Shown piece by piece: positions 23,831-35,019 of a stretch of 42,916 nucleotides of DNA. How positions within the stretch are numbered: the stretch's first letter is position 1; each line of letters opens with the position of its first letter. Made by a program: the position numbers and the translations under genes. This stretch comes from Chiloscyllium plagiosum (Eukaryota), in NCBI RefSeq assembly GCF_004010195.1, contig NW_025214396.1:1-42916 (forward strand), written 5' to 3'. Under the pieces are notes generated by a model. The model saw nothing but the letters and a program-made list of their open reading frames with translations. It made no database searches and was not told the DNA's origin.

Positions 23831-25330
23831 AGACCTTGTTTATTTATCCCATCCATGCCCCTCATGATTTTATAAACCTCTGTAAGGTCACCCCTCAGCC
23901 TCTGATGCTCCAGGGAATAAAAGCCTCAGCCTATTCAGCCTCTCCTGATAGCTCAAACCCTCCAACCCTGGCAACATCCTTGTAAATCTTTTCTGAACAC
24001 TTTCAAGTTTCACAATATCCTTCCAATAGGAAGGAGATTAGAATTGCACACAATATTCCAAAAATGTTCAATGTCCTATACAGCCACAACATGACCTCCC
24101 TACTCCTATACTCAATGCACTGTCCAATAAAGGAAAGCATACCAAACACCTTCTTCACTATGCTGTCTACCTACAACTTCACTTTCAAGGAACTATGAAC
24201 CTGCACTCCAAGGTGTCTTTGCTCAGCAACACTCCCTTATAATTGAGTGTATAAGTCCTGCTCTGATTTGCATTTCGAAAATGCAGCACCTCACATTTAT
24301 CTAAATTAAACTCCATCTTCCACTCCTCAGTCCATTAGCCCATCTGATCAAGATCCCGTTGTACTCTGAGGTGGCCTTCTTTACTGTCCACTACACATCC
24401 TGTGCTCACATCCAAATCAGTTATATAAATGACAAAAAGCAGTGGACCCAGCACTGATCCTTGTGGCACTCAGGCCTCCAGTCTGAAAAACAATCCTCCA
24501 TCACCACCCTGTATTCTACCTTCAAGCTAGAGCTGTATCCAAATGGTTAGTTCTCCCTGTATTCCTAACAGGAATATACTGTCTCTGGACTCTCGTTCTC
24601 TCGTTATCCCATTTTCTAACTGTTCCTTTACCTGCGAATGTCTGTCCTCAATCAACTATTTGCCTAATACTGTCAAAATTGGCCTTCCTTCAATTTAGAA
24701 CTTTGTCAGGTAGCACTAGATGTCTTTTGGTTGACAGGGTTTTCTTTTTGCTGATGAATCTTACAGTCTTGCAGCATTCTTACTGAAAATTCTTCTTCTG
24801 CCACTTAACGGGAGGTAAGAGCTATTGTGAAGGCAGATCTTGGAGAAATCATGTCGTTTGTTGGAACTGAAACAATTTTACGTAACAATCCACCACGACC
24901 TATCGATGTTAAATCACAGCAAATGACCATGAAAGTGTCCTGTAATGAGAACTCCAAGGAATTTTGCTTAGTACAGTGTCCACTTCAAAATAGCAATGCA
25001 TCAATAGAATATGACAGACCTATTAGTTACCTGCTTGGTAAAATAAATAATAAGACTCCCCGTGACCCAACCATTATCATTCCCAGAGGCCACAGCATGA
25101 CGCTGAGCTAATGCTCAAAGCACTTAAACTTGGTTTCTACTAAGCACTTTCTCTCTGGCTAGAGCTGCCACATTTTTGTTCTTTGAAACTGTAATGATAC
25201 CTTTTAGTCAGAAAAAAATGCACAACTAAATTCCATGAAATTACAGTGAAGATGTTCATTCTGATCATTACTCCCCCATCTGTAGCTTCAAATCAAATGA
25301 AGCTAGAGATCATAGCTTCTGTATTTTTTT

Positions 25331-25703
25331 AGATTAGATTACTTACAGTGTGGAAACAGGCCCTTTGGCCCAACAAGTCCACACCGACTCGCCGAAGCGC
25401 AACCCACCCAGACCCATTCCCCTACATTTACCCCTGCACCTAACACTACGGGCAATTTTTTTCTGACTAAAAGGTATCATTACAGTTTCAAAGAAAAAAA
25501 ATGTGGCAGCTCTAGCCAGAGAGCAATTCACCTGACCTGCACATTTTTGGACTGTGGAGGAAACCGGAGCACCCGGAGGAAACCCACGCAGACACGGGGA
25601 GAATGTGCAAACTCCACACAGTCAGTCGCCTGAGGCGGGAATTGAACCCGGGTCTCTGGCGCTGTGAGGCAACAGTGCTAACGACTGTGCCACCGTGCCG
25701 CCC
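25331..25703 (-). mobile_element. Full-length young HE1 SINE carrying a 69-bp foreign insert
   Basis: GGGCGGCACGGTGGCACAGT head, B-box, CpGs retained, (TCTAA)n tail. Confidence 0.95.
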
Positions 25704-26474
25704 ACATGTATCTGTATCTGTAGCTGTATCATGTATCTGTAGCTACATATCATGGGTACAGGATGTAAATTAAATTGCAGCCCAACAAGGGGGCGGGAGT
25801 GGTAATGGGTCTCTAACTTACATTCTTTGATTGCAGTAATCATCTGTATGTTCATTTCACAGAGGTCTGCTTCTCATCTGTGCTAACCCAAGTTTTAACA
25901 TCTACATTCATCACTTTATGTCAACCTCATATATATGGAACTGCTGCAAGGCTCACACCTATAATAACACAATACCAGCAATCCAGTCATTATCCAGTTG
26001 CCCCACTCTCACTGACACATTTCACTCTCTCCTGCAGGACAAGGCAAAGCTGAAGCAGAAGCAGGAGGAGTCAAATGGGTTTCCAAAACTGTGTGATCAA
26101 GTACCATAAAAGATTATTGGTATGATATAGTAACATGGACAGAGGGATTCTAGCAAGCAGGAGAGTCAGAATAGATGAATAACTTACAGATTGATGAACT
26201 GCAACAAGTGTAGTTCTGTGTGACCTCTGTTGATTTTCTGCTTTCTTTCCACAGATTCTGCCAGACCTGCTAAGTTTTTCAGGCAATTTCTGGTTTTTAT
26301 TTCAGTCTCCAGCATCAGCATTTTTTTTTACTATAGACATTAAGACTGCTGTGCTACAGAGGAACCTATACACTCTCCCATACATATCATAAAATATTAG
26401 CACAAATGTACAACAAGTAATTACAAAAATGAATGCGAGCTTTTATTGCAAGGGGTATGGTACCTAAAAGTTAT

Positions 26475-26565
26475 GAAGGTGGTGCTGGAAAAGTACAGCA
26501 GGTCGGGCAGCATCCGAGGAGCAGGAAAATCAATGTTTCAAGCAAAGGCCCTTCATCAGGAATGG
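26475..26565 (-). mobile_element. Penelope-derived mini-insert
   Basis: Hammerhead plus GATGCTGCCCGACCTGCTG tail only. Confidence 0.85.
26528..26563 (-). ncRNA. Minimal hammerhead ribozyme motif (partly decayed)
   Basis: AUUC-CUGAUGA-A-GGGC(CUUU)GCUU-GAAA-CA-UU-GAUU; stem II kept through G-U pairs. Confidence 0.55.
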
Positions 26566-26685
26566 CTTGGATACAGATGGACATAGACCAAATGCAGGCA
26601 AATGGAATTAGATTAATTGTGAAAACCAGATTGCATGGACAGGTTGGGCCAAAGGGCCTGTTTCCACATTGTAAACCTTTATGAC
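26566..26685 (+). mobile_element. CR1 3' UTR fragment
   Basis: CCAAATGCAGGCAAATGG...GGGCCAAAGGGCCTGTTTCC. Confidence 0.75.
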
Positions 26686-26739
26686 ATTGCCCCGTCAGGT
26701 AATACACACTGTTGAAAGCAAGCTGACACCACCTGTGAG

Positions 26740-26832
26740 TCTGAAAATGTGTTGCTGGAAAAGCGCAGCAGGTCAGGCAGCATCCAAGGAGCAGGAGAAT
26801 CGACGTTTCGGGCATGAGCCCTTCTTCAGGAG
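26740..26832 (-). mobile_element. 93-bp Penelope-derived mini-insert with 9-bp TSD
   Basis: TSD ACCTGTGAG at 26731-26739 and 26833-26841. Confidence 0.9.
26798..26831 (-). ncRNA. Minimal type I hammerhead ribozyme motif
   Basis: UC-CUGAAGA-A-GGGC(UCAU)GCCC-GAAA-CG-UC-GA; core intact, stem I clipped by the insert boundary. Confidence 0.75.
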
Positions 26833-26941
26833 ACCTGTGAGACCACAGTCAGAGTCCTTGTGTGGTATGTTGGTCTCCTTGGACGTTTTAATATTAGAAG
26901 CATTTTAGAGAAGGTTTACCGCACTGATTTCTCAGATGAAG

Positions 26942-27300
26942 GTTAACTGTCTCCAAACAGATTGTTTCAGTGACTTCCCTTGTGCGACAGTGGATGGCGA
27001 ACTGTGTAATTTTGCAAGTGTCTCAAGCGCTGCTTAGTGGGAGTCCAAAGCCACATAATCACCTTCCCAAGCTATGCAGTCCTCCCTCTGCCTTGAGGCT
27101 GCAGTTTTGAATGTAGTGGATGGCCTATTTGGGTGAAGCCATCCTTACTGGAATACACCCATGTCTCACACGTTGTTCCTCACTGAGATTCAAGCAGGAA
27201 AATTATGCCCTGAACACCCTTTGGCCTCCTGCTAAAATCTCTTCTGTCCACTATCCTCCTTCCTCTTCCAGTAGCTTGTCCTGCTCTGTGTGACCTCTTG
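26942..27300 (-). mobile_element. PIF/Harbinger (HARBI1-like) transposase remnant
   Basis: Frameshifted minus frames: QRVFRA*FSCLNLSEEQRVR / KLQPQGRGRTA / DTCKITQFAIHCRTREVTETI. Confidence 0.75.
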
Positions 27301-27571
27301 ATTTTATGAGTCATGTTATGCCCCAAAGTGAACGCCTAGTCATGCAAACAGTGCCTGCCACATAACTCCTGTTTAGAACTTAGCAACTCAAAACAACTAT
27401 GGAAAATGCAAAGTTCTTGTCAAATCAGAGAAACAGTAAGAGTATATCAACCAATAACTAAGCCATAATTAGCTGGTGATGGGTTTAAGTAGAACAACGG
27501 AGACTCTATCCTACTACTGAACATGTATTCATCTGCATGAGATTAAGAGAAAATTGTTGGCTTGATATTTT

Positions 27572-28620
27572 GAAAACAGAACTCACATTTGTATAGTATG
27601 TTGTAATTCCTCAGAATGTCCAATCAGCTTCAGAACTATTTGATTTATTTATTACCACATGTATCTTGTTACAAAATACAGTGAAAAGTGTTGTGTAGTG
27701 TTGCCACTCTCCAGCACCAATTTAAAACACAGAAGAATAAGGCAAAACATAGAATACAAATACAGAAAAATAAAGAAATAAAGCAAGTGTCCAACTTTGC
27801 AGTCCTTTTTGTTAAGTGCTCCATCATGGGCCTGGACCTGCTGACCAGGCAGGAGTGCCCTTAACTGAGCAACCGATTGGAATAAAAGTTTTCACTCTTC
27901 AGCACCATCCTGCCTCTAACAATACCTTTGTCACTATGAATCCTAATTGTACCTCACCAATGCAGATGCCAAAGATGTTGCCGGGTACTGAACACCGCCG
28001 TGAGCCCACATTGGCTCGCCTCGCCGATGCAGCCGCTGCTGACAGTGCTGGGCCCCAAGCCTGTCTCTGCCGCCGCCTCCAATGAATCTGCGCTGGAAGC
28101 AGACAGGAACCCAGACTCACCTTCGCAGCAGCAGCCAGCCATCAGTCGCCGTTGTTGGGCCCACTCGAGTTTGTGTTGCTTGAACCACTCTCCGCCAATA
28201 CCGTCACTCCCCCCACCATGACTGAGCTTTTCACCAAGAGGTAAGTAAAATAAAATAGAAGAGAAACAAAAGGAGAGAAGAGAGAGAAAAAGGAAAAGAA
28301 ACTAAAGGAATAGTGGGATGATCCCTGGGCTCAGAAGCCCCGCTTCACTGCCATCTTCCTTAATAATGTTTGAGTTGCAGCCATGCTGTTGGTGGTCTGT
28401 CTACAGCAATGTCCCACAAACAATAAAAGAGATGGATGAGTTGGTCAACTGTGTGCGCATCTGGAGACCAGGGAAGCTGTCTGCTGCTCTGTATTCAGTG
28501 TTATTCAATTATTCATCATAATGTTGATCCATCAGAGCAGGCCAATGAGTCATCTGGAAGTGCCCTGTGAAATGGGCTTGGTCTCTCAGAACTTCAGTGA
28601 GGTGCCAGCCCAGAGCATGG
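27572..28620 (-). mobile_element. Decayed Deu-domain SINE split by the 27638-28360 insert
   Basis: Tail AACTCACATTTGTATAG at 27579; ACAGCAATGTCCCACAAACA...CTGCTCT core at 28403-28490. Confidence 0.5.
27638..28360 (-). mobile_element. Unclassified ~720-bp non-autonomous retroposon
   Basis: 5' AAGATGGC motif, CpG-rich body, 3' TTTTCACTGTA...ACATGTG..AATAAATAAATCAAAT tail; partial copies at 4075 and 40775. Confidence 0.65.
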
Positions 28621-29186
28621 GACCTCTCCTATGCTTCTGACAAGACCTCAGCAGGAAATTCACGGCAACATTGGCAAAACATTGTGACTGATGGAATCAT
28701 TTCACCATGTTCATCAAAAACAGAAATCCGTCAGTGATGAATTTCACAGTTCACAGTGCTGGATGGCTGGAAGACTTGTTTCTGAATTAAGCGATATATG
28801 TGTTTCAGTCTAGAAGTGTTCTGCAAGCCTCTAATCTAGTCTGGACATTAACTTTTAAATGGACGGATTTTACAGAACTTTATTTTTCAGTGCACGAACA
28901 ATGCAATTGCTTAGGAGTAACTTTCTACGGACAATGGAACCACATTCCTGAACCAAAGACATAGGGGACAAGAACTTGCATTGATGTAATGCCTTTAAAA
29001 TCATTTTCACAGGCCAATTAGACCAAATATCCCCGAAAATGGGAATCCAACCTGACTTTTGACGTGTAGTTTCAGGCTTGGCGCGCAGTCCTGGTTTAAA
29101 GTCAATATTAATTTCTGAAGAACACTGAGAAGATTTGACTTTGTTGCAGATTGTCACTTAATGAATTATTCTCTACAAAGCCACAA

Positions 29187-29420
29187 AACATTGGAGTTGA
29201 AAGGGGCCATTCGGTCCATCCAGTCTGCTCTGCCAATCAACGAAATCATGGCTAATCTGTTAGTCCTCAACTCCATTTTCCTGTCTTTTCCCTATAAACC
29301 TCAATTCACTTACTGATTAAAAATCTGTCTATCTCAGCCTTGACGATACTTACTGAGCCAGCCTCTGTGGCAAAAGAGTTGCACAGATTCACAACCTTCT
29401 GAGAGAAGAAATTCATTCCC
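29187..29420 (-). mobile_element. CR1 LINE 3' end
   Basis: CACAGATTCACAACCTTCTGAGAGAAGAAATTC (NFFSQKVVNL antisense). Confidence 0.75.
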
Positions 29421-29624
29421 TTTTCTCTTCACAGGCCCTCGGAGGAAACCTTAGCCCATACCCTAACCAAAGGGTTACCCTCCATATTGTCTATTGTTGA
29501 CAGTAATCACCTCAGCTATCCCACACCAAACACTTATTTAACTGGCTAAAGATCAATCCCATCAGGATTAGATAAGCACTGTATACTCTTGCTCTGTCAG
29601 GTTCTCACAACCCAAGTAAAAATC

Positions 29625-29950
29625 AGCTTTTCTTTTTTATTCTTCACAGGATGAGGGCATCAATGGCTAAGCCTGTATTTAGTGTCCACCTGAGAGGGAA
29701 ATTAAGAGTCAGCCATATTGCTATGGGTCTGGAGTCACACATAGGCCAGACCAGTTAATGATGGCAGCTTCCTTCCCTCAAGAACATTCCTGACCCAAAT
29801 GGGTCCTTCCAGAAATTGCCATTCATTTCATGGTTATTCAGACTTTTAAAAAAAATTGAATCCAAACTCCACTAATGGCAAAAGTAGGATTCAAAACCAG
29901 GTTGACAAATCATTACTGGGGTCACTAATTTTAATAACACCAGCAGACCA
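29625..29950 (-). mobile_element. Old shark SINE (same family as 2190-2428)
   Basis: GGGTCTGGAGTCACACATAGGCCAGACCAG...TTCCTTCCCT core. Confidence 0.7.
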
Positions 29951-30047
29951 TTATCTCTCCATTGTGCAGAGAACATCCTTGTTTTAACTAATGATCTCAC
30001 AATGTCAATTCATATCGATATCATTTTAGCTTCATTGTTGCAGGGAT

Positions 30048-31412
30048 TTAGAACATAGAACGTAGAACAGTACAGCCCTTGATGTTGTGCTGACCCCTTA
30101 TTCTACTCTAACCTACATACCCTTCATTTTACTATCATCTGTGTGCCTATCCAAGACTTGTTTAAATGTTCCTAATGTATCTGACTCTACTCCCACTGCT
30201 GACAGTGCATTCTACACACCCATCACTCTCTGTAAAGAACCTACCTCTGACATTTCCCATAAACCTTCCTCCAATCACCTTATAATTATGTCCATTCGCA
30301 ATACCCATTTCCACCCTGGAAAAATGTCTCCGGCTATCTACTCTATCTATGCCTCTCATTATCTTGAACACCTCTACCAAGTCACCTCTCATCCTTCTTC
30401 ATTCCAATGAGATAAGCCTTAGCTCCCTCAACCTTTCTTCATAAGACATGCCCTCCAGTTGAGGCAACATCCTGGTAAATCTACTCTGTACCCTCTCTAA
30501 AGTTTCCACGTCCTTCCTATAAGGAGGCAACCAGAACTGAACACAATATTCCAAGTGTGATCCTACCAGGGCTTTATAGAGCTGCAACATAGCCTCACAT
30601 TTCTTAAACTCAATCCCTCTGCTAATGAAAGCCAACACACTATACACCTTCATAACAACCCTACTAACTTAGGTGGCAACTTTGAGGGATCTATGCACAT
30701 GGACGCCAAGATCCCTCTGTCCCTCCACACTGCCAAGAATCCTGTCTTTAACTCTGTAATCTGCATTCAAATTCATCCTTCCAAAATGAATCACTTCATA
30801 CATTTCCAGGTTGAGCTACATCTGCCACTTCTCAGTCCAGTTTTGCATCCTGCCAATGTCCCATTGCAACCTACAACAGCCTTCCACACTATCCATAACT
30901 CCACCAACCTTCATGTCACTGGAAAATTAACTAACCCACCCTTCCACTTCAAGTCATTTATAAAAATCACAAAGGTCCCAGAACAGATACCTGTGGATTA
31001 CCACTAGTCACTGATCTCCAGGCTGAATACTCTCCATCTACTCCCACCCTCTGTCTTCCATGGGCCAGGCAATTCTGTATCCAGACAGCTAAATTTTCCT
31101 GTATCCCATAACTTCTTACTTTCTGAATGAGCCTACGATGGGAAACCTTATCATACACCTTGCTAAAATCCATATACACCACATTTACTGCTCTACCTTC
31201 ATCAATGTACTTTGTCACATCCTCAACAAATTCAGTAAGACTTGTGAAGCATAACCTGCCTCCCACAAAGCCATGCTGACTATCGCGGATCAAGCCATGC
31301 TTTTGCAAATAGTCATAAATCCTGTCTCTCAGAATCCTCTCCAATAATTTGCCCACCACTGACATAAGACTGACTGGTCTGTAATTCTCATGGTTATCCC
31401 TATTCCCTATCC
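30048..31412 (-). mobile_element. CR1 LINE ORF2 (RT) to 3' end, decayed
   Basis: NYRPVSLMSVVGKLLE, DSQHGFV.GR.C.T.L.EF, VYMDFSKVYDKV.H, PQVSVLGPL, HLEYCVQFW; (TAGAACA)n tail. Confidence 0.95.
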
Positions 31413-31592
31413 TGTTCGAATGGAGACTTTTTAAATTCAGTCCAAAGTTAGCACGCAGCACATTGCAGTCACACAGGACATCAGGCACTGCTCTGAGGAT
31501 TCTCATAGTTTTAAAAAGCCTCTTGTTGGCCTGAATGTGAATTCTGAAGAAGAATCACACAATGGACTCAAAATGTCAACGCAAAGTACTTT

Positions 31593-31905
31593 TAGATTAG
31601 ATGACTTACAGTGTGGAAACAGGCCCTTTGGCCCAACAAGTCCACACTGACCCTCCAAACAGCAACCCACCCAGACCCACTTCCCCACATTTACCTCTTC
31701 ACCTAACACTACGGGCAATTTAGCACAGCCAGTTCACCTGACCTGCACATCTTTGGACTGTGGGAGGAAACCGGAGCATACAGAGGAAACCCACACAGAC
31801 ACGGGAAGAACGTGCAAACTCCACACAGACAGTTGCCTGAGGTGGGAATTGAACCTGGGTCTCTGGCTCTGTGAGGCAGCTGTGCTAACCACTGTGTCAC
31901 CGTGC
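31593..31905 (-). mobile_element. HE1 SINE, near full-length
   Basis: Head, V-domain and tail present; TSD TACTTT. Confidence 0.93.
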
Positions 31906-31964
31906 TACTTTCAAAATTTGAGACTTAAACTTCATTACATATTATTATTTTTCTTTGAGTGCTG

Positions 31965-32835
31965 AAGTAGTGTAGGACGTTCGTGAGTCCACTTCTGCAG
32001 TATTGTGTGCAGTTCTGATCACCCTGTTAGAGGAAGGATATTATTAAACTGGAGAGGGTTAAGGAAAGATTTACCAGGATGTTACCAGGAATGAAAGGTT
32101 TCAGATATAAAAGCAGACTTATATGGCATGGTGGCTCAGTGGTTAGCACTGCTGCCTCACAGAGCCAGGGACCTGGGTTCGTTCCGAGGTTCAGGCGACT
32201 GTCTGCGTGGAGCTTGCTCCCCGTGTCTGTGTGGGTTTCCTCTGAGTCCAAAGATGTGCAGGTTAAGTGAACTAGCCAGGCTAAATTGCCCATGGTGTTA
32301 GGTGCATTAGTCAGGGGTAAATATAGGGTGGGGGAATGGGTCTGGGGGTGGGGGTGGGTTACTCTTCAGAGGATTTATGTGGATTTGTTGGGCCTGTTCC
32401 CATATTGTAGGCAATCTAATCAAATTGAACAACTGAGACTTTTTTCATTGAAGCACAGGAGGTTGAGGGGCGACCTGAAAGAGGCTTATAAAATCATGAA
32501 GGGCACAGATAAGGTGAATGACGAGGTTTTTTCCCTTGGATGGATAAGTTCAAAACCAGCGGGCATATTTTTAAGGTGAAAGAAGAAAGATTTAAAATTG
32601 ACACGGGGGCAACTTTTTTTACACAGAGATTGGTTCATGTACGGAATGAATTTCCAGGATTGTGGGTACAGGTACAATGTTTAAATGACATTTGGATAAG
32701 TTTGTAAATAGTAAATGTTAGAAGGGACATAGGCCAAGAACAGGCAGATGGGACTAGTTTAGTTTGGAAATATGGTAGATATGGACTGGTTGGACTGAAG
32801 AGTTTGTTTCTGTGCTGTATGACTCTATGACTCTC
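31965..32835 (+). mobile_element. CR1 LINE 3' region with nested HE1 SINE
   Basis: LQYCVQF*SP, KHRRLRGDLKEAYKIMKG; tail ATGACTCTATGACTCT. Confidence 0.88.
32125..32425 (+). mobile_element. HE1 SINE
   Basis: GGCATGGTGGCTCAGTGGTTAGCACTGC head; AATCTAATC tail. Confidence 0.92.
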
Positions 32836-33439
32836 TGTTAACTCTGCTTCTCTCTTCACAGATGCTGGTAGACCTTCTGAGTTTCTCCAGAATTCTCTGT
32901 CTTTATTCATCATCAGGGATGTATAGCTGGTCATGAACAAATGGGGAGGCTGAGGTGGGGAGTCCAAACTCACTCATGCTGGGCTCTGTCTCACAATCCC
33001 TCAAGTAAGGGTTAGTATTATAGATGGAAGAAAGCAATACATCAAAACATGAATGAGAGATCAGGCAAAGTTAAAGGAGTGTTTGAAAAACGGTATTATT
33101 TTTTCCAGATTTCCCAAGCAATCAAGATTTTAAAAATATGCTATCAATAGATTAAATGTCCATTCTAGATACCTGTAGGGCCCAATTAACACAGACAAAT
33201 GCAAATGCTTTATGGTGATCTGCACGTCCATCACACCATGCAGGATTAGAAAGGCTATGAGATGCTGAGGTAGTTTTCCTATTACTGCATAGATCGTACA
33301 TACTCCACCAAACCACAGTGATTAGATCAGCCTGTATTTGCAGTGATGCGCTGCACAGTGGAGCACAGAGTGATACTGCTATTGTCAGATTGGTCTTAAA
33401 ACCAGAAAGTACAAATGTTACTTGAAAGCATCTACCTTG

Positions 33440-34052
33440 TGTTATGACACCAGTTGATGGTAACACTGGACATGTCAGATCCAGTATGAAACCTAACTTG
33501 ATCGATGGTGTTTAGCCTTTGGAATTTGTGGTTAGTCACTGAAACATGTTTCATGAGGATGCAGATTAACAAGTTCATTCCACAAGGTAAAAATAAGCTC
33601 CAAGCTTTATAAGTACATATTTTGAAACAGTTGAGATAGCTTTATTGCTTCTTCTAAGTTCACCTACTTGGTGTAAACCTTTTCTCCATCTGACAACTGA
33701 AAACTTGTGTATAAACTCTCACAGCTTCGACACTTTACAAACCAAAAACCTTTCTGCTTAGATGAAGACTTAACTGAACTGAATTCCTCTGAACTGAATC
33801 AAAAACTAAACCCTGGTCTATTTTTCTCTGTTATAAACTCAGTGATGTAAAAACATTCTATTCATTAACATAACAAACATCATGCCACGTACTTGACTGA
33901 ATGGCATGTTTTCTTGGAGATGATGTAGTTATATTACTTTGCCAAGTTACTTTCACACCCTTATTTTAAAAGAATTAGCCTTCACAGAACTGAAACCCAA
34001 ATCCATCTGCCTCCATTTTAAAATTCCAAATGTAAAACAAATCGTAATAACA
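33440..34052 (-). mobile_element. Probable old solo LTR
   Basis: TGTTATGA...TAATAACA near-inverted termini (7/8), TTTATT at ~33641; TSD imperfect. Confidence 0.45.
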
Positions 34053-34114
34053 TATGATATGCATTTATCATACCTGTGACCATCTGAAAGGGTGGGAAGT
34101 GTTATTTTAATATT

Positions 34115-34232
34115 TCATTCAATCGACAGCCACTCAATGGCTTCAGCACTGCAGCGGAGTGCAGGCTGTGTTTACATGTTCAAGTCCCTCGGACAGATCT
34201 TGAACCCATAACCTCCGACTTACAAATTCAAC
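34115..34232 (-). mobile_element. Decayed Deu-type SINE head fragment
   Basis: CAGCACTGCAGCGGAGTGCAG...TCAAGTC...CTTGAACCCATAACCTCCGACT. Confidence 0.5.
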
Positions 34233-35019
34233 CTCAGCTGACACCTTGGTTAAATGTGAGCCATCACCAGTACTCCACAACCAGTAATGCATGCAGAATA
34301 TATCAATATGTACAGAGACAATAGATCTCAAATATCATCCTTCCGCAGGCAAGTACCTTCATTTGCCATCACTATCTTTATCTTGTCACATAGTATGAAG
34401 AAGTGCGGGCTTTTTTTGGATAGCTGGTTATTGACACACAGCATACAAAAGGGGATTCTTCCAAACAGCTGTTATATATCACCTCTAACAATGCTGAAGT
34501 CACAAGCTCAGGAGCACAGCAGTGGTGAGTGAACTGATTGAGTTTCTCAGCAACAATAGGATTTGTTGCAAACTTAGAGTAACAATCATCTGGCAGGGAT
34601 TACAGAGCTACAATCAAATTAAAAGCACGGAGAGGTAGTTAGGTAATTCATGTGGTGAGTGTTTTGGAGAACTGTGGCTCTGAAGACACTCCTGGAAAGG
34701 CTATGAGGTGCTGAGGTAGTATTCCTATTACTGAGTGGATCGTGCATACTCCACCAAACCACAGTGATTTAATATGTTTAAAAACATTATAATTACCAAT
34801 CAAAAGGTTACACTTCTTTATGTGCTAGCAACTGTGGTGTACAGAAAATGCTTTGTTGCACAAATGGCAGATTTTGAGTGCTGTATTCTGTTTATCATTC
34901 ATGCCTTTGTTTAAATTGATCTTTGTCCTATGCTATGCAAATATTGCCTTATACTTTAAAGCTTTGTGTTGCTTTGTTTAATTTAGTTCTACTTGTTAAA
35001 AATGATAACTTGTCCTCTT

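Larger units (their letters stand above)
23352..24702 (-). mobile_element. CR1/HER1 LINE RT to 3' UTR, interrupted at 23576-23830
   Basis: Antisense PQGSVLGPLLFVIYI, WQMEFNLDKCEVLHF-like and RRLRGDLTEVYKIMRGMD motifs. Confidence 0.9.

Noticed and set aside
33266..33290. TGAGGTAGT let-7-like seed (also near 34712)
   Set aside because: Downstream sequence does not match let-7 and there is no precursor hairpin
33152..33540. Minus-strand ORFs with splice-like sites
   Set aside because: Partly inside a probable LTR end, the implied intron is too short, and the peptides are unrecognisable
34921..34943. Sox-Oct composite element (CTTTGT...ATGCAAAT)
   Set aside because: The half-sites are not adjacent as the canonical composite requires
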